Part shown: positions 1-11,500 of the stretch, piece by piece
How the letters are laid out: the number at the start of each line of letters is the position of its first letter
Position numbering within the stretch: position 1 is the first letter of the stretch
NCBI GenBank assembly: GCA_013416795.1
Contig: RQSC01000011.1
Span: 302,320 to 366,319 of the forward strand
Reading direction: 5' to 3'
DNA length: 64,000 nt
Source: Prasinococcaceae sp. CCMP 1430
Taxonomy: Eukaryota > Plantae > Prasinodermophyta
Made by a program: the position numbers and the translations under genes
The notes under the pieces: generated by a model
The model's database searches: none
What the model was told of the DNA's origin: nothing
Seen by the model: the letters and a program-made list of their open reading frames with translations, nothing else

Positions 1-2
1 GA

Positions 3-110
3 GGCGGCGGCGGCGGCGGGAACAGGCGCGGGAGCGGGGAAGTCGAGGGCATCAGGCTTCAGGAGTTCTCCGACGTCGGGGCATCGTCGCTCGCCAACGT
101 CGACCTCTAG
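3..110 (+). CDS. Possible 3' end of an upstream gene (...EGIRLQEFSDVGASSLANVDL*)
   Basis: Open frame from the window edge to TAG at 108-110 with coding-like codon use; no recognisable domain. Confidence 0.3.
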   Translation, partial: GGGGGGNRRGSGEVEGIRLQEFSDVGASSLANVDL

Positions 111-380
111 ACCGTTAAACGTCCTGTAACGTGCATGCGCCTACTCACGGCGTGGCGTGGGGTGGGGTGGGGTGGGGGGCAAGTCCACAGCGAGTCGCGA
201 GCAGCGCCCGTGCTGGACGGGCGCGCGCGCTTTGGGCCCCGCGCCTTGCCATCGATTGCATGCCCAAATTACACGGCAGCGAGCGAACACATTTCTACGC
301 GCGCAGAACGCCGGCGACTGAGGTGCTATCCATCAGAAGGCAGCTGCGCGAGGAGTGGTGCACATGGCGCGGGCCGCGCG

Positions 381-1430
381 TTACCGGTTGTTGTTGTTCA
401 GAAGCACGCTGGTGTGGATGCTCCTCATGGCCTGCGGCTGCGTCGGAGCTACCCCAACGCCCCTGCTGATTGGCACCCTGCCGCCGTGCTGCTGCTGCGC
501 GTGGTGCTGGGCAATCAGCACCCTCTCCTCCTCGCGGTGGCGGTAGATCGCCGCCGTGCGGCGCAGCTCCTCGTTCTCGCGGCGCAACATCGCGTTCTCG
601 CTCTCCTTCAGCGCCAGCTGCGTCGCGAGCTTCTGCGCCTGGGAGACGGCGGCCGATTGCTTTTGGCGCGCGCGCCTGTTCTGAAACCAGGTAGACAGCT
701 TGCTCTCGCTGAGGCCGAGGGTCTCGGAGAGCAGAACCCTGTCGGCGGGAGAGGGCCGCGGGCTCACCTCGAAGGCGGCTTCGAGTCCCTTCACTTGCGC
801 GTATTCAAACTTGGTGCGGTGGTTCTTGCGCGCCTTGCCGCCCCTGCCCTTCTTAGCACCCTCGTGGTTCTCGGCCGTGCCTGCCGTGGCAGTGCCGCCG
901 TCGCTCGTCGCTGAGCCACCGTCCTTACTGTTGGTGTCCTGCTTGGTGCTGGCTGCGGCATTGCCCCCGCTGTTTTTGACGGCCTTGGCCTCCGAGTGCG
1001 CCAGCTCGTTGCCGCCGCCGGCCGCTGTCTGCCTGCCGGTGACGGGCTTGTCGCGCCTTGGATCGCGTCTGCTGGAGGCCCTCTTCGGGGTCGGCGGGGA
1101 ATTCTCGGCGTTGATGATCGCCTGTTGCGCGGCGCGCGCGGCGGCGTGCGCAAGCTCGCTCGGGACGCCAGCATCATGATGTACGGCGGCCGTAGTCTGG
1201 AACGCCCGCGGTAACGCAAAACCCCCGTTTCCCATGTTGGCCGGCGAGAATCGACCGGGTGGCACAGCAAAGTGGGGTGGGGGCGGGGGCGGCAGCACCG
1301 ACGCGCCTGCGGCGGGTGCCTCGCTGGCGTAGGGGACGTGGTCTGGCGCGGCACCCTCTCCCGCCGTCCCCGCGTCTGGGTCGGTCTCGCCCTTCCCTTG
1401 GTTGCGAGTGACGGGTGCGTTGGTGTCCAT
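381..1430 (-). CDS. Homeodomain-leucine zipper (HD-ZIP-like) transcription factor
   Basis: RKNHRTKF...LEAAFE...P...DRVLLSETLGLSESKLSTWFQNRRARQK homeodomain, directly followed by a heptad L..ENAMLRRENEELRR coiled coil; probable ATG at 1430 (MDTNAP). Confidence 0.85.
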   Translation of the reverse strand: MDTNAPVTRNQGKGETDPDAGTAGEGAAPDHVPYASEAPAAGASVLPPPPPPHFAVPPGRFSPANMGNGGFALPRAFQTTAAVHHDAGVPSELAHAAARAAQQAIINAENSPPTPKRASSRRDPRRDKPVTGRQTAAGGGNELAHSEAKAVKNSGGNAAASTKQDTNSKDGGSATSDGGTATAGTAENHEGAKKGRGGKARKNHRTKFEYAQVKGLEAAFEVSPRPSPADRVLLSETLGLSESKLSTWFQNRRARQKQSAAVSQAQKLATQLALKESENAMLRRENEELRRTAAIYRHREEERVLIAQHHAQQQHGGRVPISRGVGVAPTQPQAMRSIHTSVLLNNNNR

Positions 1431-2656
1431 CAGGCACATGCACCCGTACGCTGTGACCCAATAGTCACGCCCGTGCGTTCGCGCGCGCGTGTGAAGGGGG
1501 TGATGTGCACAGCAAGTTAGAGCGGGCCACCCCCGACACATTAGGGTGCCAAAAAACGCGGCGATTCTCGAGCCGCCCACGCGCGCTGCGATGCTCCCGT
1601 GCGGGATGGCACAGCCGAGCGGGCAAAGACGGGCGGAGCGCTCGCCAGATGACGCATGACGCTCTGGGCGCGCTCGCGGTGGCACTGCCGGAGCTCTGGC
1701 AGCACGCTCAAGGTGCTTTGCGCGCTCGCGCGCGCCCGCCGGCCCGCGCGCCAGTGCGGCCGCGCAAAAAATGGCAGCGCGCGCGCGTGGCCGAGCTCTT
1801 GCGGCTGCACAACGCAGATGGGTGCGGCGCGCCTGAAGGGCTGCGGCGCATGCAGGCGCTTTCCCCCCTTCCCCTCGTTTCTCCCCCCGCCCGCCCGCGC
1901 GCGTCCTCACCTCTGCGCCCGTCTTAGCGCGTCCTGCCGCGGCAGGGGTCACAGCGTCGGGGGATGTGCGGTGGGGGGAGGCCCGCGAGGCGCGCGGTGT
2001 GGCCCGCGCCGCCCAATCGGCGCGAAGTTGTAACATGCGCGCGCGCGCCCGCGCGCCGGCGGACCTTCTTGCCCGAAGGATTCGGCAACGAGGCACCCGC
2101 GCGCCGGCGCGAGCGCGCGCCCCCGGCGGCGCCGCGGATCGCGCTCACGGCCGCGTGATCTCTCCGATTTTTCTGGCGCCGAAAATGATTGAAAAGATCA
2201 TCATCGTGCGGCGCATGGCGGGCGTGTGCGAAATGCACGCCGGAATTCCGCGGATTTCACACGTGCGGACGAGGGTTCGTTCTGTGGGCGCATCGTCGAC
2301 TCTTTGACGACCGCGGGCAGCTGCGACGCGGTTTGCACGAGGCACGGTTGCGAAGCGCTCCGAAGTGCTCTGTGGGGGACCACTAAGGCGCACTCATTGC
2401 GTGCGCGCACTGAGTGGCGCGGCGCCCCGTTTTGCCGGCGCGTGGCCCCGGCCGGGGGGGCGCGTATGCGCGTCTGGGCGCGCGGCGCGCGCNCACTCCG
2501 TGTGCGTCGCGGCGCGCTCTCGGCAACCGCCTCGCCGTCCTTGCCGCCCACCCCCTACCTCCGGTCGGTGCAGCGACGCGCCGGGGCTCACCGCGGGCGG
2601 CCGCGTCTCTCGGCGCGCGCGCCCCTCGGCACGCGCGTGCGTACCGCCGCGTCGCC

Positions 2657-3527
2657 ATGTCCGACGATGGCGACAAGAAGATAGATATGGCCGACATCTT
2701 CGGCGACTCGGACTCGGACGACGACGGAGCCGCGGCGCCAGACCTGGGGGCGGATGGCGGGGAGGACGCCGAGCAAGTGTTGGCTGAGCTCGCGGACTCC
2801 GACGACGATGGTGCCGGCGCCGCTGGCGCCGGCGCGGGCGCTGCACCGCGCGCCGCGGCGCCGCCCATCGAGTTTGACGCGCCATACGAGCCCAACCCTA
2901 GCGCGGACGAACCCGGTGGCGGCGACCTCTCGCTCGCGCGCCTCACGAACGTGATCGCGTTCGAGGAGAACCCGTTCGATGCGGACACCTTCGAGAAGGA
3001 GGAGGAGGTCGTCATCGACCCCGAGACTGGCGCGCAGCGCATGCGCCTGCGCTCGACGAACGTGGTGCGGTGGAGGGTGAAGGTGCGTGCGCCGCGCCGC
3101 CCACGCTCCTGTGCCCAACCTCGTGAGAGGAGGATGCTTGGCCGCTGAAGCCACAGCGTGACTGCGCGTGCGTGTGTGTGCGTCACGAACCTGGATCGAT
3201 CGCGTACTTACGCTCTTGGCGCATGCGCCCTGCCGCCGTGCCTCGCAGCCGGGCGAGAAGCCGGGCGAGAAGCCGAGTATCGAAAGCAACGCGCGGATGG
3301 TGCGCTGGTCCGACGGGACCACACAGCTGCTGGTGGGCGATGAGGCGTTCAACGTGACCACCAATAGCATCGTTGGCGAGCACAACCACCTGTTCTTGCG
3401 CACGGCCACCGTGCTCACCGCGCGCCCGCCGCTCGCCGCCGCCCGCGCCTCGGTGGCACAGCGTGTCGATGCCGAGAGCGTGGCTGTGTCGATGAAGTAC
3501 AGTACAAAGTCTGATCGCACACAGTAG
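2657..3527 (+). CDS. LEO1: PAF1 complex subunit LEO1 (exons 2657-3082, 3249-3527; C-terminus looks short)
   Basis: DIFGDSDSD acidic N-terminus, PFDADTF, NVVRWR and ESNARMVRWSDGTTQLLVGDE Leo1 motifs; phase-0 GT-AG intron 3083-3248. Confidence 0.85.
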
Positions 3528-3816
3528 CTATATCCATAAGAAGGAAGCGCCGCCAGCCGGGCGGCACTGCGCGCCCGGCGCGCGCAAGGGCGGGGAAAGG
3601 GAGGGAAAGGGGGCCGTGACCGACCGGGACGAAAGAAAGCCGACCCGCGCGCGGCAAGGCCCTCCGTGGCCTCCAGCTCGCCCGCCTGGGCGGGCGCCCA
3701 GCCGGCCGGCCGGCCGCCAGCCAGTGCCTGCGCCTGGCCGCCTCAGCGCGCGCGGCGTTCACAGCTCCGCGGCGATTCTGCGCACGCCTCTTTTTCCCCC
3801 GGCATTGCGCAAAACG

Positions 3817-4513
3817 ATGAGCTGGCAGGCTTACATGTGCGTGGCCTAGAGGGTGGGGCGGGCGCCGCGCTCCCCCCCCGCTCTCTCGTTCTCTCTCTCT
3901 CTCGCTCGCTCGCAGAGAGCGCTCGCCTGCGCGGTGCTGACGCGCCGTCGTCGCCGTCGAATCGCAGCGACCAGCTCCTGGAGGGAGGGAACGTGAGGCG
4001 CGCGTGCATCTGCGGCCTCGGCGACGGGCAGCCATGGGCGACCAGCGCGGGGGTCGGCGTCACCCCGGATGAAGCGAAGGACCTCGTGAAGGGCCTGGGT
4101 GCGTAGCGGCGTGGCTCTGGCGGCAACACTGGGTGCCCTGCGGTCGCAGCGCTGCGTGTCACTCCGGTCATGCGTCTCTGCTGCGCGATGGCGCCGGCGC
4201 TGACGTCCTGCGACTCGCAATCAACGTCGCGCGCGCGGGCGCCCCACCGACGCCCGGGCGTGGACCACCTCCGCCTCGTGCAGACGACCACGCGCTGGTG
4301 TACGCGAACGGGGTGCACGTTGAGGGCAAGCGCTACACAGTCGTCAGCGCGGGCGACCACGAGCTCCACGCCAAGTCGGGCGCGGCGGGCGTGCTGGTGG
4401 CTCGCACGTGCCTGGCGCTCGTGATAGCGTTCTACGACGCCGAGCAGCGCGCCGAGAGCTGCAACGCCACCCTCTTGGCGCTCACCGACTACCTGCGGTC
4501 GTGCAGCTACTAG
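3817..4513 (+). CDS. Profilin (exons 3817-3836, 3968-4098, 4284-4513)
   Basis: Spliced product MSWQAYIDQLL...ACICGLGDGQPWATSAG...NGVHVEGKRY...LTDYLRSCSY; two GTGCG..CAG introns with CTGAC branch points. Confidence 0.92.
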
Positions 4514-5210
4514 AGGAGAGAGGACGGACGCACTGCGCGTACAACGAGGGGGGTGACTCTCGTCCCTCCTCGCCCCTCCGTGTCGACGTTGGTACCCTGG
4601 ATCTCGTGGATGTGTCGCACACCCCCGAGGCTGGAGAGCGAGCTGCTCCAGCGAGCGCCTTCTCTCTCGCGCGAGAGAGGGCAAGCGAGCGCGAGCGCGA
4701 GCGCCTCCGCCTGAGCCCGCGCCGTTCTCCCGAGCACACACCGTCATGATGGTTGTCTACTAGCTAGTACTACTGTATTTGTACTGCGGACAATCAAAAT
4801 GCGTGCGCGCGCGCCGCGCCCCCCCTCGAATCCCTCCTTCCTCAGCTTTGGCTCTGGGTCGCATCCGCATCCGCCGCATCCGCCGCCCTCCCCAACCGCT
4901 CGACCCACTCGTCTCGCAGACCCTCTCAAGCAATCAATACCATCCGCATGGTATCATCGATCGATGGTACCGTATCGCCCTCTTCTCGCGCTCGCTGCTG
5001 CGCTGCTGCGCGCTGCGCCCGCCCGCCCGCGCGGCGGCGGCCAAGCGGCTGTTGCTGTTGCGTTGGGGCAGGCGCGGCGCGGCNAAGGGCACGCGGAAGT
5101 GCGGCGGTGCCGTCGCCGCGGCGTCGCCTAAACCCTAACGCGCCGCGCCGCGCAGCCCCCCTCCCCCCCCCTTTCCTCTCCCCCGTCCACCCACCCTCCC
5201 TCCGCCGGCG

Positions 5211-6938
5211 ATGGGCGCGCTGCGCGACTTCGCCGTGTCGTGGGCGCGCGCGCGCCGCGACGACCTCGAGCGGCGCCTGCAGCAGCACGCCCACGACGCC
5301 GCACGCACGCGCGTGCCGTTCGGCGCGCCGAGGCTCGTCAAGGGATCACACAGGGTCGCGAAGATCATCTCCGCGCTCGCACCCGAGCACCACGCGCGCA
5401 AGACGACCGCCGCAGCGGCCGCGGTGACGGCGCGAGCGGTGGCGCAGAAGCGCCGCGCCGCCTCTGGGACCGCCTCGGGGGGCGCCGCGGCGGCTGCGAG
5501 CGGCGCTGGCCGCGGCGGCGCGGCGGACGCGGGGCCCGCGTTCGTAGCCTCGGGCGACGGGGAAAAAGGCGAGGACGAGCCGCTGTACGCGAGCCAGCTC
5601 GCGCGCTGGCTCCGCCCGCTGGTGATTGGCGCCGTGGGCTTCTCCGGCCGGGCGTGGCTCACCGTTTTCAACCGCTTCGAGGCACACGGCACCGAGCACC
5701 TCCTGAGGGCCCTGCACGAGCGACCCGCCGGGACTCCGCTCATGACGGTTAGCAATCACGTGGCTGCCCTGGACGACCCCTTCATCCCGTCGACGCTGGT
5801 GCCCGCAGAGCGGCTGCTCACCGCCGACCGGATGCGCTGGACGCTGTGCGCCGCCGAGAACTGCTTCCGTACCGACTTCACGCGCTGCTTCTTTGCGGCG
5901 GGCAAGGCCGTGCCCGTCGAGCGCGGCGCGGGCGCCGACCAGGCCGGCATGCGCGAGATGCGCGACCGCCTCGCGGACGGGGAGTGGGTGCACATCTTCC
6001 CGGAGGGGACTCGATCGCGGGACGGCGGCGCCACTCTCACGCGCGCCAAGCGCGGCGTGGGCTGGCTCGCGGACGCCGCCGAGCGCAAGGGCGGCGTGGC
6101 GCCGCTGATCGTGCCGTACGTGCACGACGGCATGCAGCACGTGCAACCGCGGCGTACAAAGGTGCCGCGCGTGGGCAACACGGTGAGGGTGCTCATGGGG
6201 GAGCCGATCGACGTGTCCGACCTATTCGAGGAGAGGAGGGAGAGGGAGCGAGCGGCCGCCAGGGCGAGCGAGGCGGCACGCGCAGGAATGAGTCGCGCCG
6301 GCACACAAAGGAGCGGCCTCGGCGAGGGTGGCGACGACGGCGCGACGGCGGCGGCCGCCGCACTGAGCGCTGAGGCGATGCGCGCGGCCGACCTCGCGCT
6401 GCAAGATGCCATCGCCACGCGCTGCGACGCGGCGATGCGCGTGCTGCACGAGCGGCTGCACTGTGGACTCGAGGCTGAGGCAGGGGCGTCGGCCTGGCGC
6501 ACGGCCGTGCCCGAGGGGGTATGGGAGCGCACACTGCCTGATCAGGCGGGGGCGGCCGCATGGGCGGGGGCGGCAGCCGCCGCGCCCGCGCGCACGCAGT
6601 CGCACGCGCAGCAGCGACGCCGCCTGGTGCAATGGCAGTGGCAGCAGGACATCAAACACCTCGTGCAGCGCCAGAGCATGCACCTGGACAACTACGCGGA
6701 GTCACCATGGACACACGCCCGCTCGCTGCTCGCCTGGGGAGCACCCACGCCGTTCGCGGCGACGGCGCTCTCAATGGGCGGGGCGCACGCGCGGCCGCGG
6801 CTGTCGCTCTGGCGGGCGCTCCTCGAGGAAGGGGTGCTGCCTGAGGGCGGCAGGACACTCGCGTCCCTGCTCGACGCGCCTGGGGCGACCGACGCGGGAG
6901 CCACCATCGCACTCGCACCGCCAAGCGCCGCCATGTAA
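5211..6938 (+). CDS. TAZ: Tafazzin-family phospholipid acyltransferase (PlsC domain)
   Basis: TVSNHVAALDDP (NHx4D), RWTLCA, HIFPEG and KRGVG motifs. Confidence 0.85.
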   Translation: MGALRDFAVSWARARRDDLERRLQQHAHDAARTRVPFGAPRLVKGSHRVAKIISALAPEHHARKTTAAAAAVTARAVAQKRRAASGTASGGAAAAASGAGRGGAADAGPAFVASGDGEKGEDEPLYASQLARWLRPLVIGAVGFSGRAWLTVFNRFEAHGTEHLLRALHERPAGTPLMTVSNHVAALDDPFIPSTLVPAERLLTADRMRWTLCAAENCFRTDFTRCFFAAGKAVPVERGAGADQAGMREMRDRLADGEWVHIFPEGTRSRDGGATLTRAKRGVGWLADAAERKGGVAPLIVPYVHDGMQHVQPRRTKVPRVGNTVRVLMGEPIDVSDLFEERRERERAAARASEAARAGMSRAGTQRSGLGEGGDDGATAAAAALSAEAMRAADLALQDAIATRCDAAMRVLHERLHCGLEAEAGASAWRTAVPEGVWERTLPDQAGAAAWAGAAAAAPARTQSHAQQRRRLVQWQWQQDIKHLVQRQSMHLDNYAESPWTHARSLLAWGAPTPFAATALSMGGAHARPRLSLWRALLEEGVLPEGGRTLASLLDAPGATDAGATIALAPPSAAM

Positions 6939-7093
6939 AGTATCACTTTTGAACGCTCCATGCCGCTTTGAGAGCTCTGTCCTCGGGACACGCCGTCGGC
7001 CCACGCGAGCGCTCCGCCAGAGCGCGCGCTGCCGCGCGCCGCGCGCGCGACGCGCGCGAGCGCGCGCGCTGCGTGGCGCGTCACCGGCCAACG

Positions 7094-8376
7094 ATGCCGT
7101 CGTGCCCCACCCAGCCGCGGCCGCAGCCGCAATGCAAACGGCACCTGCTTGGTCGCGGTGGTGGCTCTTCGAGGGGCGCAAGCGCCGTTCTCGACGCAAG
7201 CGAGGCTTGCGTTGGCGGCGCCCTGCACGTGCTTGGCCCCGTGCTCGCGTTGGTCGTCGCGTGCATAGCAACGGGCGCCGCGCTCACCTGGGCGACGGAC
7301 GTGCTACCGTGGTATGCGTCCAACCGTGGCACCCTTGCGGCGAGCGTGCAAGCCGTGGTGGCGCTCATGATGCTCGCTGGCACGCTCACGAGCTACGCGA
7401 CGGTCTCGCGGACGCCCGCGGGTGTCGTGCCTGAAACGTACCGTCCTCCGCTGCGGGTGCGCCTCGCGGCGCAGAACGATGGGAGGGAGGCGTACGCGCC
7501 GTACTGGTGCCACGAATGCGAGCGGTTCCGTCCCAAGGCCGCTGCGCACTGCGGTGCGTGCGGCGTATGCGTCGCGCGCCACGACCACCACTGCCCGTGG
7601 ATCAACAACTGCGTGGGTGCGCGCAACCACGCGGCCTTTCTGCGCTTCCTGCTCTGGACTCAAGCGAGCGCTCTCTACGTCACCGCCGCCACGACGCCAA
7701 TAGTGGAGCACAGCGTTCGCGGTGGGGTGGCTGCAATCGCGCGCGCTGCGATCACCTTTGGCGGGCCCGGCGTCCACGTTCGACGCAGCGCAGCGACGGC
7801 GCCCCTCGGCGCGTTCGTGCTCGCGTGCGCGCTCGGCGCTGCGCTCGCGCTCTTCATTTCGGTGCACCTGTTCCTGGCGTGCACAAATCAGACGAGCGCG
7901 GAGTTCTCTGACAACAAGGAGGAACGGCGGAGAGCCAAGGTGAGACTGGGGACGGAGCGCCAGAGGCCGTGCGCTTCGATGCGTGCGCGTGCGCGCGGGT
8001 GAGCGCGCGCACCTTGCCACCCATCGCTCGTTTGCGAGGCCACGATCGTCGCCCCACAGCCGTCTGGCTGCGCTGACCCCCTGCGCGCCGTGCGGGGCGT
8101 GCGCCTGCCTGTGCGCGCTTGTCCCCATGGCCCTCACACCCACGCCCGCAGCTGAAGGGTGAGGACGCATGGGTGAATCCCCACGATCTCGGCAGCGTCT
8201 GGAAGAACCTGGCGTCGACGCTCGGCGTGGACCCGCGGGCTGCGACGGTGGCGGCGGTCGCATGGGCAGCGGTCTGGCCGCTAGCTGAGCCGGGCAGGCA
8301 CGGGGAGGCGGATCGCGCCGTGGCAGAGGACGCACGCACACACGACGGTGTGGCCGCCCTCGACGCGGTCGTTTAA
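7094..8376 (+). CDS. DHHC palmitoyl-S-acyltransferase (exons 7094-7939, 8152-8376)
   Basis: CHEC..RP..AHCGACGVCV.RHDHHCPWINNCVG.RNH..F, transmembrane helices, NQTS.E, and NPHDLG..KNL in exon 2. Confidence 0.92.
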
Positions 8377-8507
8377 TACATGCATCTAATGACCTCGCTG
8401 CGCGTCCGCCCCGCCATTGCAGTGGCCGGTGCAGGTGTGTCACTGTGTCATATCGTGCGATTACGTTGGCGAGTCGCAAGCACAGCGCAGCTGAGCCGCA
8501 TGGTCGT

Positions 8508-11500
8508 TCACTCCTCACAGGCGGCGTCTACGTTCGCATCGCCATCTGTGGCACCGCCAGCCGCCGCAGCTGCGGCTGCGGCGAGGGCATCAATGATGCC
8601 CGGCGGCACCGGCAGCGCGGGTGATGCGGCCGCGGCCGCAGCCGCTGCACCTTCACCGCTGCGCGCGCGCACGAGCGCGATGGCCTCCTCTCTCGCACGC
8701 GCCTCGAGCCGTGCCCTGCGCGCCTCACGCGACCGTGCCATCGCGGCGGCCTCTGCCTCGGCCTCCGCGCGCTCAGCGGCTGCGAGAGCGCTTTCGCAGC
8801 CGCTGAGCGCCGCGACAGCGGCTGCGATAGCGCGCGCATCCTCTGCCTCGGCCCCAGCAGCTGCGAAGGCGCGGTCCTGCGACTCTGACGCATGCTCAGC
8901 TTCCTCTGAGCAGGAGCGGCGCGCTTCTTCGCTGTCACCCGCAGCCACCTCGTCCAGAGGAATGCCATCGTCGACTTCCACATCGGAGTCAGCTGGCGGG
9001 GATTGTGCCGACTCCGCGGTGGACAGGTCCTCATTCGGCACGGCCGCCTCTACCCCAGCAACGTCAGTTGCGTCATCTACCTGCACATCTTGCGAGCACC
9101 GCTGGCCTGCAGACTCGTGCTCGTGCTGGCCCCTTGAGACCCTGCTAACGAGCAATTCGAGCTCGCCGAGCGTCTCGCGCAGCGTAGCGGTGGTGTCGAA
9201 GACGGACGCTTCTCCGTCCGAGACGTAGCTCGCCACCGGCTCCTCGGCGCGCGACGGCTCTTCGGGCACCGTACCAGACGCAGCCGGCGCCTCCTGGCCG
9301 ACACACATCTCGGCGTCCGGGGGAATGTCAATTGCGGGCGCCTCATCGTCCTCGCCGCCGTGAGCAGGATTGGCCACCTTGTCAACGAGTAGCTCGAGCT
9401 CGCCCAACGTGCTCTTGAGACGATCGAGATCGAAAGAGTCATCGACGTCGGCGGACGTGACCGCCAAGACGTGCTGGCCCTCGCCCCCACGTTCTTCCCG
9501 CTCCTGTTGTTGCCTGTACGCCGCCAGGCGCTCCACTCGCTCCTCCGCCTCAGACAGCACACGCGGGGCTGGCAGCGCATCGCATGGGACCTCAGCCGGC
9601 CCGTGCGCCTCCCCGTGCGCCTCCGCGGGCTGGCTGGCGCTCCTTGCCGCATCGTCCTGCCGCTCTTCCAAGTCCCCACGCGCAGCGCCACCGTCCGGCA
9701 GTGGCTGCTGCGCGTGCTCCTGGCCGCCCTCAGCATGGCTTTCGTCCGCACGAACATCGAGCCCAGCGGCGCCTCCAGTTCTGTCGATGGCGCCGCCTTC
9801 CATCTGAGCGTTGTTACTCTCTTCCGCGCTGGGTCCATCCTTTGCTTCGAGTTGCAGCTCCACACGCGCCTGGCCGACGTTCACGCCCCTCCGTGAGACG
9901 ACGTCGTACCACGCAGCGTGCGCGCCGGGCGCAGCCACGGTACGTAGCGGCACCGCCGCCGTGCCGAGCCACATGTCTGTGGCGTCGTCTGACTCGCGGA
10001 TGCCCTCGGTTGCCCAAAGCTCGAGCAGCGCGCAGTGGCCCTCAATGGCCGTGCGCAGGCCAGCCTCCTCGGAAAGGCACAGAACCTCCTCGTGCGCTAC
10101 GTCCACATCACCCTCGCAAGCCTCGGCGGTGCGCGTGGTGAAGGGCGCAAAGCGGCCCTCGAGCGACGCGTCATGCGCGAAAGCACTTCCACGCACGCGC
10201 ACGCGCGAGCGCGGTCGTCCCGCAGCGGAGCGGCACAGCGACTCAGGCAGCCCGCGCAGCGAGAGCACACGCAATCGCAGCGTGGCGCCCTCGAGGCACG
10301 GCAGCGGGCCGCGGGCGCAGCGCGCCGCCTCGGCCTCGGCACGGAACCGGCGGTGAGCGAGCAGTTGCGCGGGCGTGGGCCGGTACGCCACGCGCACGTG
10401 CAGGCTCGCCACATCCCAGTCGATGCCCGACGCGCCCTCGTCGGTGCCCGCCGAAACGAGCGGCAGCGCGTACGACGCGGGGCCCAGCGCGGCTTCGGCC
10501 GGTGCGAGTTTGGTGACAGTGCTCTCACTCCCTTGCGCGTCACCCCCACCCTCGCCGTCCTCCGCGCACGGACCATCCAAAATGGAAGAGCGCGTTGAGC
10601 GCCTGCCCGCCACTCCCACCGTTTCGAGACGACCGAGCGTGAGGCGCTCGAGCTCGGCCGTGAGCAGTGCTGCGGTGGCGACGATGTAGTCGCCGAAAGG
10701 CGCCTTGCGCCACACCTCGAAACGCACGTGGCCGGCAACCGCAGCGCGAGCGGCGTGCACCGCCGCCTGCAGCTCGCCACCGTCGTCGAAGGGATCGCGA
10801 CCTTCATCGGCACGCGCCGTATGCCTGCCCGCCACCTCGGCCGCGCGCCTCTCGATCCTGGCCCCAAAGCCGTCAAGCACGTCCTCGCCGTGCGCCACCT
10901 CGAGCGCATGGGCTGCAAACGCATTGAAGCGAGCGGCTGCGCCGTGCCTAGCGATGACCGCCTGCGAGTACATCGGGACGTCTTCGCCGGGGAAGACGTA
11001 TGCGACGTAGTACTCCTCGCCGCCACGCCACGACGCTCCCTGAAGCGACCACACAGTGAGCTCGTACACGTGATCGTCGACGCGCGGTGGCTCCTGGTCT
11101 GGGCCGTCGGCGCTGGCACCTGCGTCTACGTCATTGCCTTCCTCGCCGCTCGTCGTGCACCCAGCCGCGAGGCCGAGCAGCGCAGCCACGTCGCCGCACG
11201 CAACCTCGACGTCCACTGTGCCGACCGCTGCGCCGGCATACACGTCATACACATCGCACGCCACCTCAGACAAAGGAGAGACGTCGTCCTCCGGCCACGC
11301 CGGTAGCGGCACGCGCACGATGCCCACGAGGCGTGGAGCGACGCTGCCGCCCTGCTGCTCCCACAGCTCAAGCACGAGAAGCTTCGGCGGTGTCACCAGC
11401 GACGCCCCTGGAGGGCGCACGAGAACAGCAAAGGGCACCGCGCTTTCAGGAGGCGCCGCTCCGGGGACGCAAAGCGCGATATCGAGGCCGCCGCCACGAG

